Assembly (NCBI RefSeq): GCF_003334305.1
Contig: NZ_QOWS01000012.1
From: Escherichia coli
GTDB lineage: Bacteria > Pseudomonadota > Gammaproteobacteria > Enterobacterales > Enterobacteriaceae
Reading direction: 5' to 3' (one strand)
DNA: 64,000 nucleotides
The translations under genes and the position numbers were made by a program. Shown one piece after another: positions 1-11,078 of this stretch. Numbering within the stretch: the stretch's first letter is position 1; the number at the start of each line of letters is the position of its first letter. The notes below the pieces were generated by a model. It saw nothing but the letters and a program-made list of their open reading frames with translations, did not search any database and had not been told where the DNA came from.

Positions 1-195
1 AACGCCAGCTTATTTCAAAATGGTGCGGAATTTTACTGCAATTGCTGCTGCTTTGTAAAGCACCGCGGCCTTTTTGAAAGGGACTTTTATAAGGGTGAGG
101 AGTATACACGAGGCTTTCTCCAGGGGCGAACAAAGTTTTACATCAACCCGCATTGGTCCTACACTGCGCGGTAATAAAGCGAGGTAAAACAAGTC
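1..195. promoter_or_regulatory. Non-coding leader upstream of tsaD; by synteny the divergent rpsU-operon promoter region would lie here, but no individual site was mapped
   Basis: No credible ORF; tsaD ATG at 196; synteny recollection only. Confidence 0.3.
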
Positions 196-1209
196 ATGCG
201 TGTACTGGGTATTGAAACTTCCTGCGATGAAACCGGCATCGCCATTTACGACGATGAAAAAGGTTTGTTAGCCAACCAATTGTATAGTCAGGTGAAATTG
301 CACGCTGACTACGGCGGCGTCGTGCCTGAACTGGCCTCCCGCGATCACGTGCGCAAAACCGTACCGTTGATCCAGGCGGCGCTAAAGGAGTCTGGCTTAA
401 CGGCAAAAGACATTGATGCTGTGGCCTATACCGCAGGCCCTGGATTAGTCGGCGCACTGCTGGTTGGCGCAACCGTGGGGCGTTCTCTGGCGTTTGCCTG
501 GAACGTTCCGGCAATCCCGGTACACCATATGGAAGGGCATCTGTTAGCGCCGATGCTGGAAGATAACCCGCCGGAATTTCCGTTTGTCGCGCTGCTGGTG
601 TCCGGCGGTCATACGCAGTTAATCAGCGTGACTGGCATTGGTCAGTACGAGCTGCTCGGCGAGTCTATCGATGATGCCGCCGGTGAAGCGTTTGATAAAA
701 CCGCGAAGCTGCTGGGGCTGGATTATCCTGGCGGACCGTTACTGTCGAAAATGGCGGCTCAGGGTACTGCCGGGCGCTTTGTTTTCCCGCGTCCGATGAC
801 CGACCGTCCGGGGCTGGATTTCAGCTTCTCCGGTCTGAAAACCTTCGCGGCAAATACCATTCGTGACAACGGCACCGACGACCAGACGCGTGCTGATATC
901 GCCCGCGCCTTTGAAGATGCGGTGGTCGATACGCTGATGATTAAGTGCAAGCGAGCGTTGGATCAGACTGGCTTTAAGCGACTGGTCATGGCAGGCGGCG
1001 TGAGTGCTAACCGTACGTTACGGGCGAAGCTGGCTGAAATGATGAAAAAACGCCGCGGCGAAGTGTTCTACGCGCGTCCGGAGTTTTGTACTGATAACGG
1101 CGCGATGATCGCCTATGCCGGAATGGTGCGGTTTAAAGCAGGCGCGACGGCGGATCTCGGCGTTAGCGTGCGTCCGCGCTGGCCGCTGGCGGAGTTACCG
1201 GCCGCGTAA
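196..1209 (+). CDS. tsaD: tRNA N6-adenosine threonylcarbamoyltransferase TsaD (Kae1/YgjD family)
   Basis: 337-aa ORF; N-terminus [20 protein letters not shown] and HMEGH motif typical of TsaD. Confidence 0.95.
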   Translation: MRVLGIETSCDETGIAIYDDEKGLLANQLYSQVKLHADYGGVVPELASRDHVRKTVPLIQAALKESGLTAKDIDAVAYTAGPGLVGALLVGATVGRSLAFAWNVPAIPVHHMEGHLLAPMLEDNPPEFPFVALLVSGGHTQLISVTGIGQYELLGESIDDAAGEAFDKTAKLLGLDYPGGPLLSKMAAQGTAGRFVFPRPMTDRPGLDFSFSGLKTFAANTIRDNGTDDQTRADIARAFEDAVVDTLMIKCKRALDQTGFKRLVMAGGVSANRTLRAKLAEMMKKRRGEVFYARPEFCTDNGAMIAYAGMVRFKAGATADLGVSVRPRWPLAELPAA

Positions 1210-1217
1210 AACTATCG

Positions 1218-1243
1218 GGTGCCGGAGAGCAATTTCCGGCACC
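1218..1243 (-). terminator. Intrinsic terminator hairpin between convergent tsaD and ttdT
   Basis: Perfect 9-bp stem ggtgccgga/tccggcacc with 8-nt loop; U-rich tract follows on minus strand. Confidence 0.55.
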
Positions 1244-1251
1244 GTCCTTAC

Positions 1252-2715
1252 TTAAAGCAACACCACGGGCATCCACAGTAAGCCGGTAATCACCAGCAAT
1301 ACGAGGAATATCAGCCCAAAAATCGCCCCCAGTCGCCAGTAATCCGCCGTTGGCAGATAACCACTACCGTAGTAAATCGGACTGGGTCCGGTGGCGTATG
1401 GTGTAAGAATGCTCCCCAGACCAATTGCCGCGCCAACCATCAGGCAGAACACCGGCAGCGGGATTTCCGGCATCGCCAGCGCAGCGGCAATCATCATCGG
1501 TGCGAGGGCGGAGGTATACGCCGTGGCGCTGGCGAAAAAGTAGCGCAGCAGATAAAACACCACAATCAACGCCACCATCACCATCGTTGGCGAATAACCG
1601 CTTAAGCTGCCTGCTAACAGTTTGCCAAACCAGCTAATAAAACCGGTGTTGTTGAGTCCGGTAGCGAGGGTGATAAGCGAGGCCAGCCAGAAGAAAACGT
1701 TCCACGCCGCTTTATTACTGACAATGTCGTCCCAACTGATAATGCGCAGAAGCAGCATCAGTGCCACCACGCTGTAACCGACCATCGCGGCATCGATATA
1801 ATCACCGCCGAAAATCCACAGCACCAGCGCGCCTACCATCAGCCCCAGCATCCGTTTTTCACGCGAACAGAGCGGGCCCATTGCCTGCAGTTCCGTCTCT
1901 GCCCAGCGCGGCACCTGATCGCCAGACTTCAGTACCGGCGGGTACAGCACATAAGCCAGCCAGGGAACCAGCAGCACCAGCAAAATACTGAGCGGCAACA
2001 TCCCGAGGAACCAGTCGCCCCAACTCAGCGTGGCGTGAGATGCGCTTTTCATCAGTCCAATTAACAGCAAGTTTGGTGCCATCGCCGTCAAGAAAATGGC
2101 GCTGGTCACGCAGTCGGCAACAATCCCCATCCACATGATGTACGAGCCAATGCTGCGCGAACTGCTGTCGTTTGGTTGTGATTGATAGAGCGGTGGCAGG
2201 TTACGGATGATGGGATAGATAATCCCCGCACCACGCGCCGAGTTGGACGGTGTTACAGGTGCGAGGATCAGCTCGGAGAACATCACCGCATAGCCGAGAA
2301 ACAGCGTGCGATGTCCCATCTTTTTCACCAGAATCAGCGCAATGCGGCGTCCAAGCCCGGTTTTTTCATAGCCTGTGCCAAACATAAAGGCGGCGAAAAT
2401 CAGCCAGATAACCGAATTAGAAAAACCGGAAACCGCCCACGAGAGGGATTTTGCAGTGAATTTAAAGCCTGGCTGGGCGAGCTGTTCGGGGCTGAACAGC
2501 AGCCAGGGAGAGAGTATGGCGATGATGGAGATACCCACCATCGCCACCACGGCACCCGGCACGGGTTCGAGGATCAGTCCAACGATCACGCCAGTAAAAA
2601 CGGCAAAGTAGAGCCAGGTATGGTTCTCCAGCCCTGCGGGAACCGGAAGTAGAGCAATAATGGCGATGACCGCCAGCGGCGCAAGATATCGCCACCATTC
2701 AGTGGAAGGTTTCAT
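1252..2715 (-). CDS. ttdT: L-tartrate/succinate antiporter (DASS family)
   Basis: 487-aa polytopic membrane ORF; position next to ttdAB. Confidence 0.9.
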   Translation of the reverse strand: MKPSTEWWRYLAPLAVIAIIALLPVPAGLENHTWLYFAVFTGVIVGLILEPVPGAVVAMVGISIIAILSPWLLFSPEQLAQPGFKFTAKSLSWAVSGFSNSVIWLIFAAFMFGTGYEKTGLGRRIALILVKKMGHRTLFLGYAVMFSELILAPVTPSNSARGAGIIYPIIRNLPPLYQSQPNDSSSRSIGSYIMWMGIVADCVTSAIFLTAMAPNLLLIGLMKSASHATLSWGDWFLGMLPLSILLVLLVPWLAYVLYPPVLKSGDQVPRWAETELQAMGPLCSREKRMLGLMVGALVLWIFGGDYIDAAMVGYSVVALMLLLRIISWDDIVSNKAAWNVFFWLASLITLATGLNNTGFISWFGKLLAGSLSGYSPTMVMVALIVVFYLLRYFFASATAYTSALAPMMIAAALAMPEIPLPVFCLMVGAAIGLGSILTPYATGPSPIYYGSGYLPTADYWRLGAIFGLIFLVLLVITGLLWMPVVLL

Positions 2716-2762
2716 CGTGTTATGCCTGCGAAAAAGGAGAGGGGTGAGCCTCTCCGGGAGGG

Positions 2763-3368
2763 TTATTTGATGTAATGGACGTGCTCGCAGATCTCTTCCA
2801 CGATGGGATCGCGGCGTTCGGCGAACAGCTTTTTGTTTTCGGCTATCAGGTTGTTGCCGTGGGTATCAATAGAGACAATCAGCGGGCCGAACTCTTTGAC
2901 CCGGCAGACCCACAGTGACTCCGGCATCCCGAGTTCTGTCCAGTGCACTTCTTCAATCTCTTCTACCTGGGTTGCCGCCAGCACCGCGCAGCCTGCCGGG
3001 AAAATCACATGTAGCGCCTTGAATTTCTGGCAGCCTTCTTCGGTCAGCGGCCCCATACCACCTTTGCCAACCACCAGTTTCACGCCGGTCTGCTCAATAA
3101 ATTCACGTTCAAAACTTTCCATACGCATACTGGTTGTCGGGCCGACGGAGACCATCTCCCATTTGTCGCCGTTTTTGCGCACGATGGGGCCAGCGTGGAA
3201 AATCGCTTTGCCGTTGAGATCGTAAGGGATCGGACGTTTCAGTTCGATCAAGCGGCGGTGACAAACGTCACGGCAGGTCACCAGCGTACCGGTCAGGTAG
3301 ATCACATCGCCGACGCGAATATCTTGCAGATCTTCAGCTTTGATCGGGGTTGTCAGGATCTTTTTCAT
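2763..3368 (-). CDS. ttdB: L(+)-tartrate dehydratase beta subunit
   Basis: 201-aa ORF, fumarase class I C-terminal-like; overlaps ttdA stop. Confidence 0.9.
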
Positions 3369-4276
3369 AACGCGCTCCGGGTGTGAGACAGATTTTCAAA
3401 GGTGAGATCGGCATGAACCAGCAGCGTGCCGCGACGATGCGCCCAGCAGCCGGTAGAGACAGCAACGCCGATGGTTGACGGATGGCGGGCGGCAGATTCG
3501 ATATGTACGCCCATCACTGAACTGTTGCCGGTCAGCCCTTGTGGACCAATCCCCAGACGGTTGAGTCCTTCTTCCAGGCGTAGCTCCAGCTCTGCCGCTT
3601 TTGGATTGGGATGGCGGCTGCCAATCGGACGCAAAATGGCTTTACGCGAGAGTACGGCGGCGGTTTCCACCGAGGTGGCGATGCCCACGCCCACCAGTAC
3701 CGGTGGACAGGCGTTTACGGCGAGGGTGGAGATATTTTCGAAGACGAATTTCACCACGCCTTCGTAGCCTTCTGACGGCATTAACACTTTCGAGCGGCCA
3801 GGTAGCGTGCAGCCGCCGCCTGCCATGTAAACTTCGATTTCTGCATCGTCATTGTCGGGGATGATGTCCCAGGTGACCCACGGTACGCCGCTACCGGTAT
3901 TTTTGCCGGTGTTTACTTCGTCAAAAATTTCTACCGCATTGTGACGTAGTGGCGCTTTGACGGTTGCCTCTTCCACGGCTTGTTTGAGTATGCTTTGCAG
4001 CTCGCCAAGCAGTGGGAAGCGGGAACCGACTTTAACGAAGAACATAATCTCCCCGGTGTCCTGACAGGCAGGACGATTCAGGTCAATCGCTTTTTGCATG
4101 TTGTCGAACATCGTATGGTAGATAATTTTCCCCATCGACGACGTTTCGGCATCCTTTAGCTGTTTTAGTTTATCCACCACGTCATCAGGCATTCGGGTAG
4201 AAATCATGGCGGTAAAGTTAGCGACAATCTCTGTCAACTTATTCACTGCCTGTTGCTTATTACTTTCGCTCATCAT
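3365..4276 (-). CDS. ttdA: L(+)-tartrate dehydratase alpha subunit
   Basis: ORF track gives 321 aa from 4330; start placed at internal Met pair (MMSESNKQ...) giving 303 aa. Confidence 0.85.
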
Positions 4277-4482
4277 GGCAACTCCAGTTTTTGTATTTGT
4301 CTGGAAAAATTCACCGCCACAAACTACCACTAAAAATGTGGTTTTATATTTTTTGCCACCGTGAATATGTAATTAACAGTTCGTGAATCAACGCGAAAAT
4401 AAGAATGAATATTGCGCCAGAGCAGGGAATGGCAATGTTTTGCGAAATACACTGCGCTTATCACAACTGCGGATAATTAACG

Positions 4483-5415
4483 ATGCTGAATAGCTGGCCT
4501 TTAGCCAAAGACTTGCAGGTACTGGTAGAAATCGTCCACAGCGGGAGTTTTAGTGCTGCAGCGGCGACGCTTGGGCAGACGCCTGCATTTGTCACCAAGC
4601 GGATCCAAATCCTTGAAAATACGCTGGCAACAACGCTGCTGAACCGCTCCGCTCGCGGCGTGGCGCTGACTGAAAGTGGCCAACGTTGTTACGAACATGC
4701 GCTGGAAATCCTCACCCAATATCAGCGACTGGTCGATGACGTCACGCAAATCAAAACGCGCCCGGAGGGGATGATTCGTATTGGTTGCAGTTTTGGTTTT
4801 GGGCGCAGCCATATTGCGCCAGCCATTACCGAACTTATGCGCAATTATCCTGAGTTACAGGTGCATTTTGAATTGTTCGATCGGCAAATTGATTTAGTGC
4901 AGGATAATATTGATCTGGATATTCGTATTAATGACGAAATTCCTGATTATTATATTGCGCATCTGTTAACGAAAAATAAAAGAATATTATGCGCAGCACC
5001 TGAGTATCTGCAAAAATATCCGCAGCCACAATCATTACAGGAATTAAGTCGTCATGACTGTCTGGTGACCAAAGAGCGCGATATGACCCACGGAATATGG
5101 GAGTTGGGGAACGGTCAGGAGAAAAAATCGGTGAAGGTTAGCGGGCATCTTTCCTCCAATAGCGGCGAGATAGTGTTGCAATGGGCGCTGGAGGGCAAAG
5201 GGATTATGCTGCGTTCCGAGTGGGATGTGTTGCCGTTTCTGGAGAGTGGCAAACTGGTGCAAGTATTGCCGGAGTATGCACAAAGCGCCAATATCTGGGC
5301 TGTTTACCGGGAGCCGCTCTATCGCAGCATGAAATTACGTGTCTGCGTGGAATTTCTGGCGGCATGGTGCCAGCAACGGCTGGGCAAGCCCGATGAAGGC
5401 TATCAGGTCATGTAG
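4483..5415 (+). CDS. ttdR: LysR-family transcriptional activator of ttd operon
   Basis: 310-aa ORF with N-terminal HTH and LysR substrate domain; divergent from ttdA. Confidence 0.85.
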   Translation: MLNSWPLAKDLQVLVEIVHSGSFSAAAATLGQTPAFVTKRIQILENTLATTLLNRSARGVALTESGQRCYEHALEILTQYQRLVDDVTQIKTRPEGMIRIGCSFGFGRSHIAPAITELMRNYPELQVHFELFDRQIDLVQDNIDLDIRINDEIPDYYIAHLLTKNKRILCAAPEYLQKYPQPQSLQELSRHDCLVTKERDMTHGIWELGNGQEKKSVKVSGHLSSNSGEIVLQWALEGKGIMLRSEWDVLPFLESGKLVQVLPEYAQSANIWAVYREPLYRSMKLRVCVEFLAAWCQQRLGKPDEGYQVM

Positions 5416-5427
5416 ATCCACCAGAAA

Positions 5428-6045
5428 TCACTCGGGATCCTTTTCGCGCTTTCTTTTGAATTTCGTCCAGATTTTTGTCTCCTGACGACGCCACAGACGC
5501 TGGATGTTGTCATGATGACGCAGCAGGATCAGGCAAGAGAGCATCGAAACCGGGAAGGTGAATTGTGGCTTAAACCACCATACATAAAACGGAGCAATCA
5601 GTGCACTGACAATCGCTCCCAGCGACGAGTATCCGCTCAATAGCACGGTCAGTAACCAGGTTCCCGCCATTACTCCGGTGAGATCCCAGCCAATGGGTGC
5701 GATGGCACCAAAAGCGGTAGCAACGCCTTTTCCTCCTTTAAATCCGAAGAAAACGGGCCAGATGTGTCCAAGACAGGCGGCGATGGCAATTAAGCCTAGC
5801 CAGAAGGGGCTGACACCTAATTCATACGCGCCCCAGACGGGCAACATTCCTTTCAGAACGTCGAAAATCAGTACTGCTACGGCTGCTCCCTTGCCACCGA
5901 TACGTAACACATTGGTTGCGCCTGGATTGCCGGAGCCGCTGGTTCGCGGATCGGGCAGCCCACACAAGCGGCAAACCAGAATGGCACTGGAAATGGAGCC
6001 GCAGAGGTACGCGATGAGGATCATTCCAGGCGCGATTGCACTCAT
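5428..6045 (-). CDS. plsY: Glycerol-3-phosphate acyltransferase PlsY
   Basis: 205-aa membrane ORF; N-terminus [24 protein letters not shown] typical of PlsY. Confidence 0.9.
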
Positions 6046-6149
6046 AAGCTGTTCCGTTTTGAAAATTCGTGTTCAACGATGAATCTGTGGATAATACGCA
6101 CATTTCGCCGGAAGTGGTATCCGGTTAGCCAAAAAGCAGGCAGGACGTG

Positions 6150-6518
6150 ATGGATATTGTATTTATAGAGCAACTTTCGGTAATCACCACTATTGGTGTT
6201 TACGACTGGGAACAGACCATCGAACAGAAGTTAGTGTTCGATATCGAAATGGCATGGGATAACCGTAAAGCGGCGAAAAGTGATGATGTGGCGGATTGCC
6301 TCAGTTACGCTGACATTGCAGAAACGGTGGTCAGCCACGTCGAGGGGGCGCGTTTTGCGCTGGTGGAACGCGTGGCTGAAGAGGTGGCGGAGCTGCTGTT
6401 AGAACGCTTCAACTCGCCGTGGGTGCGTATCAAACTCAGCAAGCCAGGCGCAGTGGCGCGGGCGGCGAATGTTGGCGTAATCATTGAGCGTGGCAATAAT
6501 CTGAAAGAAAATAATTAA
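6150..6518 (+). CDS. folB: Dihydroneopterin aldolase
   Basis: ORF 6147 starts GTG; ATG at 6150 gives MDIVFIEQLSVITTIGVYDWEQ (122 aa). Confidence 0.9.
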   Translation: MDIVFIEQLSVITTIGVYDWEQTIEQKLVFDIEMAWDNRKAAKSDDVADCLSYADIAETVVSHVEGARFALVERVAEEVAELLLERFNSPWVRIKLSKPGAVARAANVGVIIERGNNLKENN

Positions 6519-6607
6519 TTTTACAGCTGTTAAACCAAACGGTTATAACCTGGTCATACGCAGTAGTTCGGACAAGCGGTACATTTTAATAATTTAGGGG
6601 TTTATTG

Positions 6608-7429
6608 ATGAGCGATATGCACTCGCTGCTGATAGCGGCAATATTGGGTGTGGTCGAAGGATTGACAGAATTTCTGCCGGTATCCAGCACGGGCCATATG
6701 ATTATTGTCGGTCACTTGTTGGGGTTTGAGGGCGACACGGCGAAAACCTTTGAAGTTGTGATCCAGTTAGGATCAATTCTGGCGGTAGTAGTGATGTTCT
6801 GGCGGCGTCTGTTTGGCCTGATTGGCATCCACTTTGGCCGCCCGTTGCAGCACGAAGGTGAAAGCAAAGGTCGTTTAACGCTGATCCACATTTTGCTGGG
6901 GATGATTCCGGCGGTGGTACTGGGGCTATTGTTCCACGACACGATTAAGTCATTGTTTAACCCGATAAATGTGATGTATGCGCTGGTCGTTGGCGGTTTG
7001 TTGCTGATTGCCGCCGAATGCCTGAAGCCGAAAGAGCCGCGTGCGCCGGGTCTTGATGATATGACCTATCGTCAGGCGTTTATGATTGGCTGTTTCCAGT
7101 GTCTGGCGCTGTGGCCGGGTTTCTCCCGTTCCGGGGCCACCATTTCAGGTGGGATGCTGATGGGCGTGAGCCGTTACGCTGCTTCCGAGTTCTCGTTCCT
7201 GCTGGCGGTACCGATGATGATGGGCGCAACGGCGCTCGATCTCTACAAAAGCTGGGGCTTCCTGACAACCGGCGATATCCCGATGTTTGCCGTTGGGTTT
7301 ATCACCGCTTTTGTGGTGGCGCTGATAGCGATTAAAACCTTCCTGCAATTGATTAAGCGCATTTCGTTTATCCCGTTCGCCATTTATCGCTTTATTGTGG
7401 CGGCTGCGGTGTACGTCGTGTTCTTTTGA
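6608..7429 (+). CDS. uppP: Undecaprenyl-diphosphatase (BacA/UppP)
   Basis: ORF 6605 starts TTG; ATG at 6608 gives [30 protein letters not shown] (273 aa). Confidence 0.9.
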
Positions 7430-7454
7430 TTGAGAAAAGGTTCGGGAGCAGGCC

Positions 7455-7565
7455 TGGTTTTCTCCCTCGCTCTGTAGGGAGAGGGCCGGGATGGGGTGAT
7501 TGTTCGCACCGGTGCTGGTCTGTTCCCCTCACCCTAACCCTCTCCCCGAAGGGGCGAGGGGATGG
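7455..7565. repeat. GC-rich composite palindromic intergenic element (several nested hairpins) between convergent uppP and cca
   Basis: gggagagggccgggatggggtga (7477-7499) is an imperfect inverted copy of tcccctcaccctaaccctctccc (7524-7546); local hairpins tctccct/agggaga, gcaccggtgc, ccctctcccc-gaa-ggggcgaggg. Confidence 0.5.
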
Positions 7566-7590
7566 TTCGTGTTAACGTTTAGTTTTATAC

Positions 7591-8829
7591 TCAGTCAGGC
7601 TTTGGGCAACGTTGTTCCTTCCAACTGGCTACCGCCGCAATCCGCCGTCGGGTCAGCTCCTCGCGAATCTCCACACCTTTAAATCCCGCTTCAACGACCG
7701 CTTTTGTCGGCACTGACTGCGCCACTTCCCAGGCTTCGCGCAACCAACGGCCTTGCGGGTAGTCCGCTGATTCAAAACCGGTTCTGCCGCGTACGTCAGC
7801 CTCGCTGGTCAGCGCCAGTTGCTCGACACGCTGCGGTTTACGCCAGGCATCGATGGAATCAAATAATTTGACGATGGTTTTTGGGTTCAGCATTGGGAAG
7901 GTGTGGATGAGATCGTGAAACTCAGCCACCAGTCTGGCTAAATCGCGAATTTCATTTGGCACGCGCAGACGCTGGCATAGTTGTTCCACTAACTTAACAC
8001 CCGCCGGGCCATGCCCATGATGACGCGGCCAAAGTTCTGGCGGCGTCAGTCCTTTACCGAGATCGTGGCATAAAGTTGCGAAACGGACATCAACCTGCGG
8101 ACTCAGCATCGCCGCCATTGAGAGCGTCATTAAGGTATGAATACCCGTGTCGATTTCCGGATGCCACCTGGCAGGGGCCGGAACGCCAAACAGGGCGTCA
8201 ATTTCCGGGAATAAAACGCGAAGTGCACCGCAATCGCGCAGTACCTGGAAGAACACCTGGGGATTGCGGGTGGTGAGGGCGCTTTCCGTCTCTTTCCATA
8301 CCCGTTCAGGCGTCAGGTGTTCCAGTTCACCCGCATGGGTCATCTCGCGCATCAGCGTCAGAGTTTCATCGGCAATACGAAAACCGAGGTGGGCATAACG
8401 CGCAGCAAAACGCGCCACGCGCAGAACGCGTAACGGATCTTCGCCAAAAGCGGGGGAAACATGGCGCAACAGACGATTTTGCAGATCGCCCAGACCGTTG
8501 TACGGGTCGATAATCTCGCCGTTATCGTCCTGAGCCAGCGCATTAATGGTCAGATCGCGACGCTTAAGATCATCTTCCAGCGTGACATCCGGTGCGGCAT
8601 AGCAAGTAAAACCGGTGTAACCGGAACCGGATTTCCGTTCGGTACGTGCCAGCGCATACTCTTCATGCGTTTGCGGATGCAGAAACACAGGAAAATCGCG
8701 GCCTACCTGCTGGTAGCCCGCGTCGAGCATCTCCTGTGGCGTACTGCCGACCACCACCCAATCTCTGTCTTTGACCGGTAGCCCTAACAATGCATCCCGA
8801 ACAGCACCACCGACCAGATAAATCTTCAC
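7591..8829 (-). CDS. cca: CCA-adding tRNA nucleotidyltransferase with HD domain
   Basis: 412-aa [32 protein letters not shown]-terminus. Confidence 0.95.
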   Translation of the reverse strand: MKIYLVGGAVRDALLGLPVKDRDWVVVGSTPQEMLDAGYQQVGRDFPVFLHPQTHEEYALARTERKSGSGYTGFTCYAAPDVTLEDDLKRRDLTINALAQDDNGEIIDPYNGLGDLQNRLLRHVSPAFGEDPLRVLRVARFAARYAHLGFRIADETLTLMREMTHAGELEHLTPERVWKETESALTTRNPQVFFQVLRDCGALRVLFPEIDALFGVPAPARWHPEIDTGIHTLMTLSMAAMLSPQVDVRFATLCHDLGKGLTPPELWPRHHGHGPAGVKLVEQLCQRLRVPNEIRDLARLVAEFHDLIHTFPMLNPKTIVKLFDSIDAWRKPQRVEQLALTSEADVRGRTGFESADYPQGRWLREAWEVAQSVPTKAVVEAGFKGVEIREELTRRRIAAVASWKEQRCPKPD

Positions 8830-8892
8830 GCCATCATCCCTTCGTCAAATACACAATTCCTAATAATAAGACAGTGCAACGAAGAAGGCGAT

Positions 8893-9513
8893 TTAGTTCA
8901 TCCAGCGATCTTTGCGTTTGCGCGTTGGGATCAGGTGTGGCAGTACCAGACCGAGCAGCAAGCCAAGCCCCAGCACGCCACCGCCATACATAAACCATTG
9001 CATGATGATGGTGCGCTGTTTGTCATCCAACTGTACGCTGGCGGCATCGACCTTTTTCTGCGCGACAATCAGCTCGTTTTTCAATTTCTGATTTTCTTCT
9101 TTTAATCCGTTGATCACGCTGTCGCTCTGCGCCACTTTTTGCTGCATTTCTGCGGTGCGCTGATTCCAGGTGTTATCGATATTGGTGAGTTTATCGGTCA
9201 GGGTTTTGACCTGATTTTCCAGATCTGGCACACGGGAGCGCAGGCTTGGCTCAGTGCTAAGTTGTTTCAACGGGATCCAGGCGGTACGGCCAGAGCTGTC
9301 TTTCACCTGGGCATAATTGGTGTTGGCGTCAGTTTGTAATAAGGTCACTTCCTCGCCGGCGTTAACCGTGCCCACGAGGCGATAATGATCTCCCGGACCG
9401 CTACGGACCCAGGTATTCAGTTCATCAGAAACATAGCGCGTTTCTTCAGCGTGTGAGACGGCAGTGGCGCTAAGTGCGAGTAAAGTTAATCCGATCAGGC
9501 GTAATTTTGGCAT
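8893..9513 (-). CDS. ygiM: SH3-domain membrane-anchored protein
   Basis: 206-aa ORF with signal peptide, coiled-coil and C-terminal TM; synteny. Confidence 0.85.
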   Translation of the reverse strand: MPKLRLIGLTLLALSATAVSHAEETRYVSDELNTWVRSGPGDHYRLVGTVNAGEEVTLLQTDANTNYAQVKDSSGRTAWIPLKQLSTEPSLRSRVPDLENQVKTLTDKLTNIDNTWNQRTAEMQQKVAQSDSVINGLKEENQKLKNELIVAQKKVDAASVQLDDKQRTIIMQWFMYGGGVLGLGLLLGLVLPHLIPTRKRKDRWMN

Positions 9514-9754
9514 CAGGCTGTCGTTATTGTCATGGAAAGTGGAACGATAGTAGTGGCATCAGTGTCGCTACGCAAAGCATTCGACATCAATCGGAATCCT
9601 CTGTGTCAGGTCTTGCCACTGCTTCAAACTTTTACGCCCGTCAAATTGCCCGTTGCATGGCAATTTGGCGCAAAATACTATCTACTGACAAAAAAGATCG
9701 CATTAAGTTCGCCGTTCATCGTCACTTATGTGACATAACCGATAAGTAAAGGCC

Positions 9755-11056
9755 ATGGCTCAGGAAATCGAATTAAAGTTTATTGTTAATCACAGTGCCG
9801 TTGAGGCGTTGCGTGACCATCTCAATACGCTGGGCGGCGAGCACCATGACCCCGTGCAGTTGCTGAATATTTACTACGAAACGCCGGATAACTGGCTGCG
9901 TGGGCACGATATGGGCTTACGTATTCGTGGCGAAAACGGTCGCTATGAGATGACCATGAAAGTTGCAGGAAGAGTGACAGGCGGCTTACACCAGCGCCCG
10001 GAATATAACGTGGCGTTGAGCGAACCGACGCTCGACCTGGCGCAGTTACCGACGGAAGTCTGGCCGAACGGCGAATTGCCCGCCGATCTCGCTTCCCGCG
10101 TACAACCGCTGTTCAGCACCGATTTTTATCGCGAAAAATGGCTGGTGGCGGTCGATGACAGCCGAATTGAAATCGCTCTCGATCAGGGGGAGGTGAAAGC
10201 GGGGGAATTTGCTGAACCTATCTGTGAGCTGGAACTGGAACTGCTTAGCGGCGACACGCGCGCGGTGCTGAAACTGGCGAACCAACTGGTATCGCAAACC
10301 GGATTACGCCAGGGCAGCCTGAGCAAAGCGGCGCGTGGCTATCATCTGGCGCAGGGCAATCCGGCGCGTGAAATCAAACCGACCACCATTTTGCATGTTG
10401 CGGCAAAAGCCGATGTGGAACAGGGGCTGGAAGCGGCGTTCGAGCTGGCGTTAGCGCAATGGCAGTATCATGAAGAACTGTGGGTACGCGGCAACGATGC
10501 GGCGAAAGAGCAGGTGCTGGCAGCCATTGGCCTTGTTCGCCATGCACTGATGCTGTTCGGTGGCATTGTGCCGCGTAAAGCGAGCACTCACTTACGTGAT
10601 TTGCTGACCCAATGCGAAGCGACCATTGCTTCTGCGGTTTCTGCCGTGACGGCGGTCTACTCTACCGAAACGGCAATGGCGAAGCTGGCGTTGACCGAAT
10701 GGTTGGTAAGCAAAGCATGGCAGCCATTTTTAGATGCCAAAGCGCAGGGCAAAATCAGCGACTCCTTCAAACGCTTTGCCGATATCCATCTTTCCCGCCA
10801 TGCCGCTGAACTGAAAAGCGTTTTCTGCCAGCCGTTAGGCGATCGCTACCGTGACCAGTTGCCACGCCTGACGCGTGAAATTGACTCAATACTGTTGCTG
10901 GCGGGTTACTATGATCCTGTCGTCGCGCAAGCCTGGCTGGAGAACTGGCAGGGGCTGCATCACGCTATTGCGACCGGGCAACGCATCGAAATTGAACATT
11001 TCCGTAATGAGGCAAACAATCAGGAACCGTTCTGGTTGCACAGCGGAAAACGTTAA
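9755..11056 (+). CDS. ygiF: Inorganic triphosphatase (CYTH + CHAD domains)
   Basis: 433-aa ORF; EIELKF CYTH signature at N-terminus. Confidence 0.85.
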   Translation: MAQEIELKFIVNHSAVEALRDHLNTLGGEHHDPVQLLNIYYETPDNWLRGHDMGLRIRGENGRYEMTMKVAGRVTGGLHQRPEYNVALSEPTLDLAQLPTEVWPNGELPADLASRVQPLFSTDFYREKWLVAVDDSRIEIALDQGEVKAGEFAEPICELELELLSGDTRAVLKLANQLVSQTGLRQGSLSKAARGYHLAQGNPAREIKPTTILHVAAKADVEQGLEAAFELALAQWQYHEELWVRGNDAAKEQVLAAIGLVRHALMLFGGIVPRKASTHLRDLLTQCEATIASAVSAVTAVYSTETAMAKLALTEWLVSKAWQPFLDAKAQGKISDSFKRFADIHLSRHAAELKSVFCQPLGDRYRDQLPRLTREIDSILLLAGYYDPVVAQAWLENWQGLHHAIATGQRIEIEHFRNEANNQEPFWLHSGKR

Positions 11057-11078
11057 TCAGGCAAGGATAAAATCGCTT

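Noticed and set aside
3365-4330. Long N-terminal extensions in the ORF track (ttdA 321 aa, glnE 1014 aa, tolC 506 aa, zupT 271 aa, yqhD 395 aa, yqhC 375 aa, metC 440 aa, ubiK 116 aa, ygiB 234 aa)
   Set aside because: Extensions overlap upstream genes or lack SD sequences; internal ATGs give canonical N-termini (signal peptides or conserved starts), so the shorter forms were annotated.
9514-9754. gtcac-ttat-gtgac palindrome in the ygiM-ygiF divergent region as an operator
   Set aside because: Only 5-bp arms; too short to separate from chance in 240 bp.
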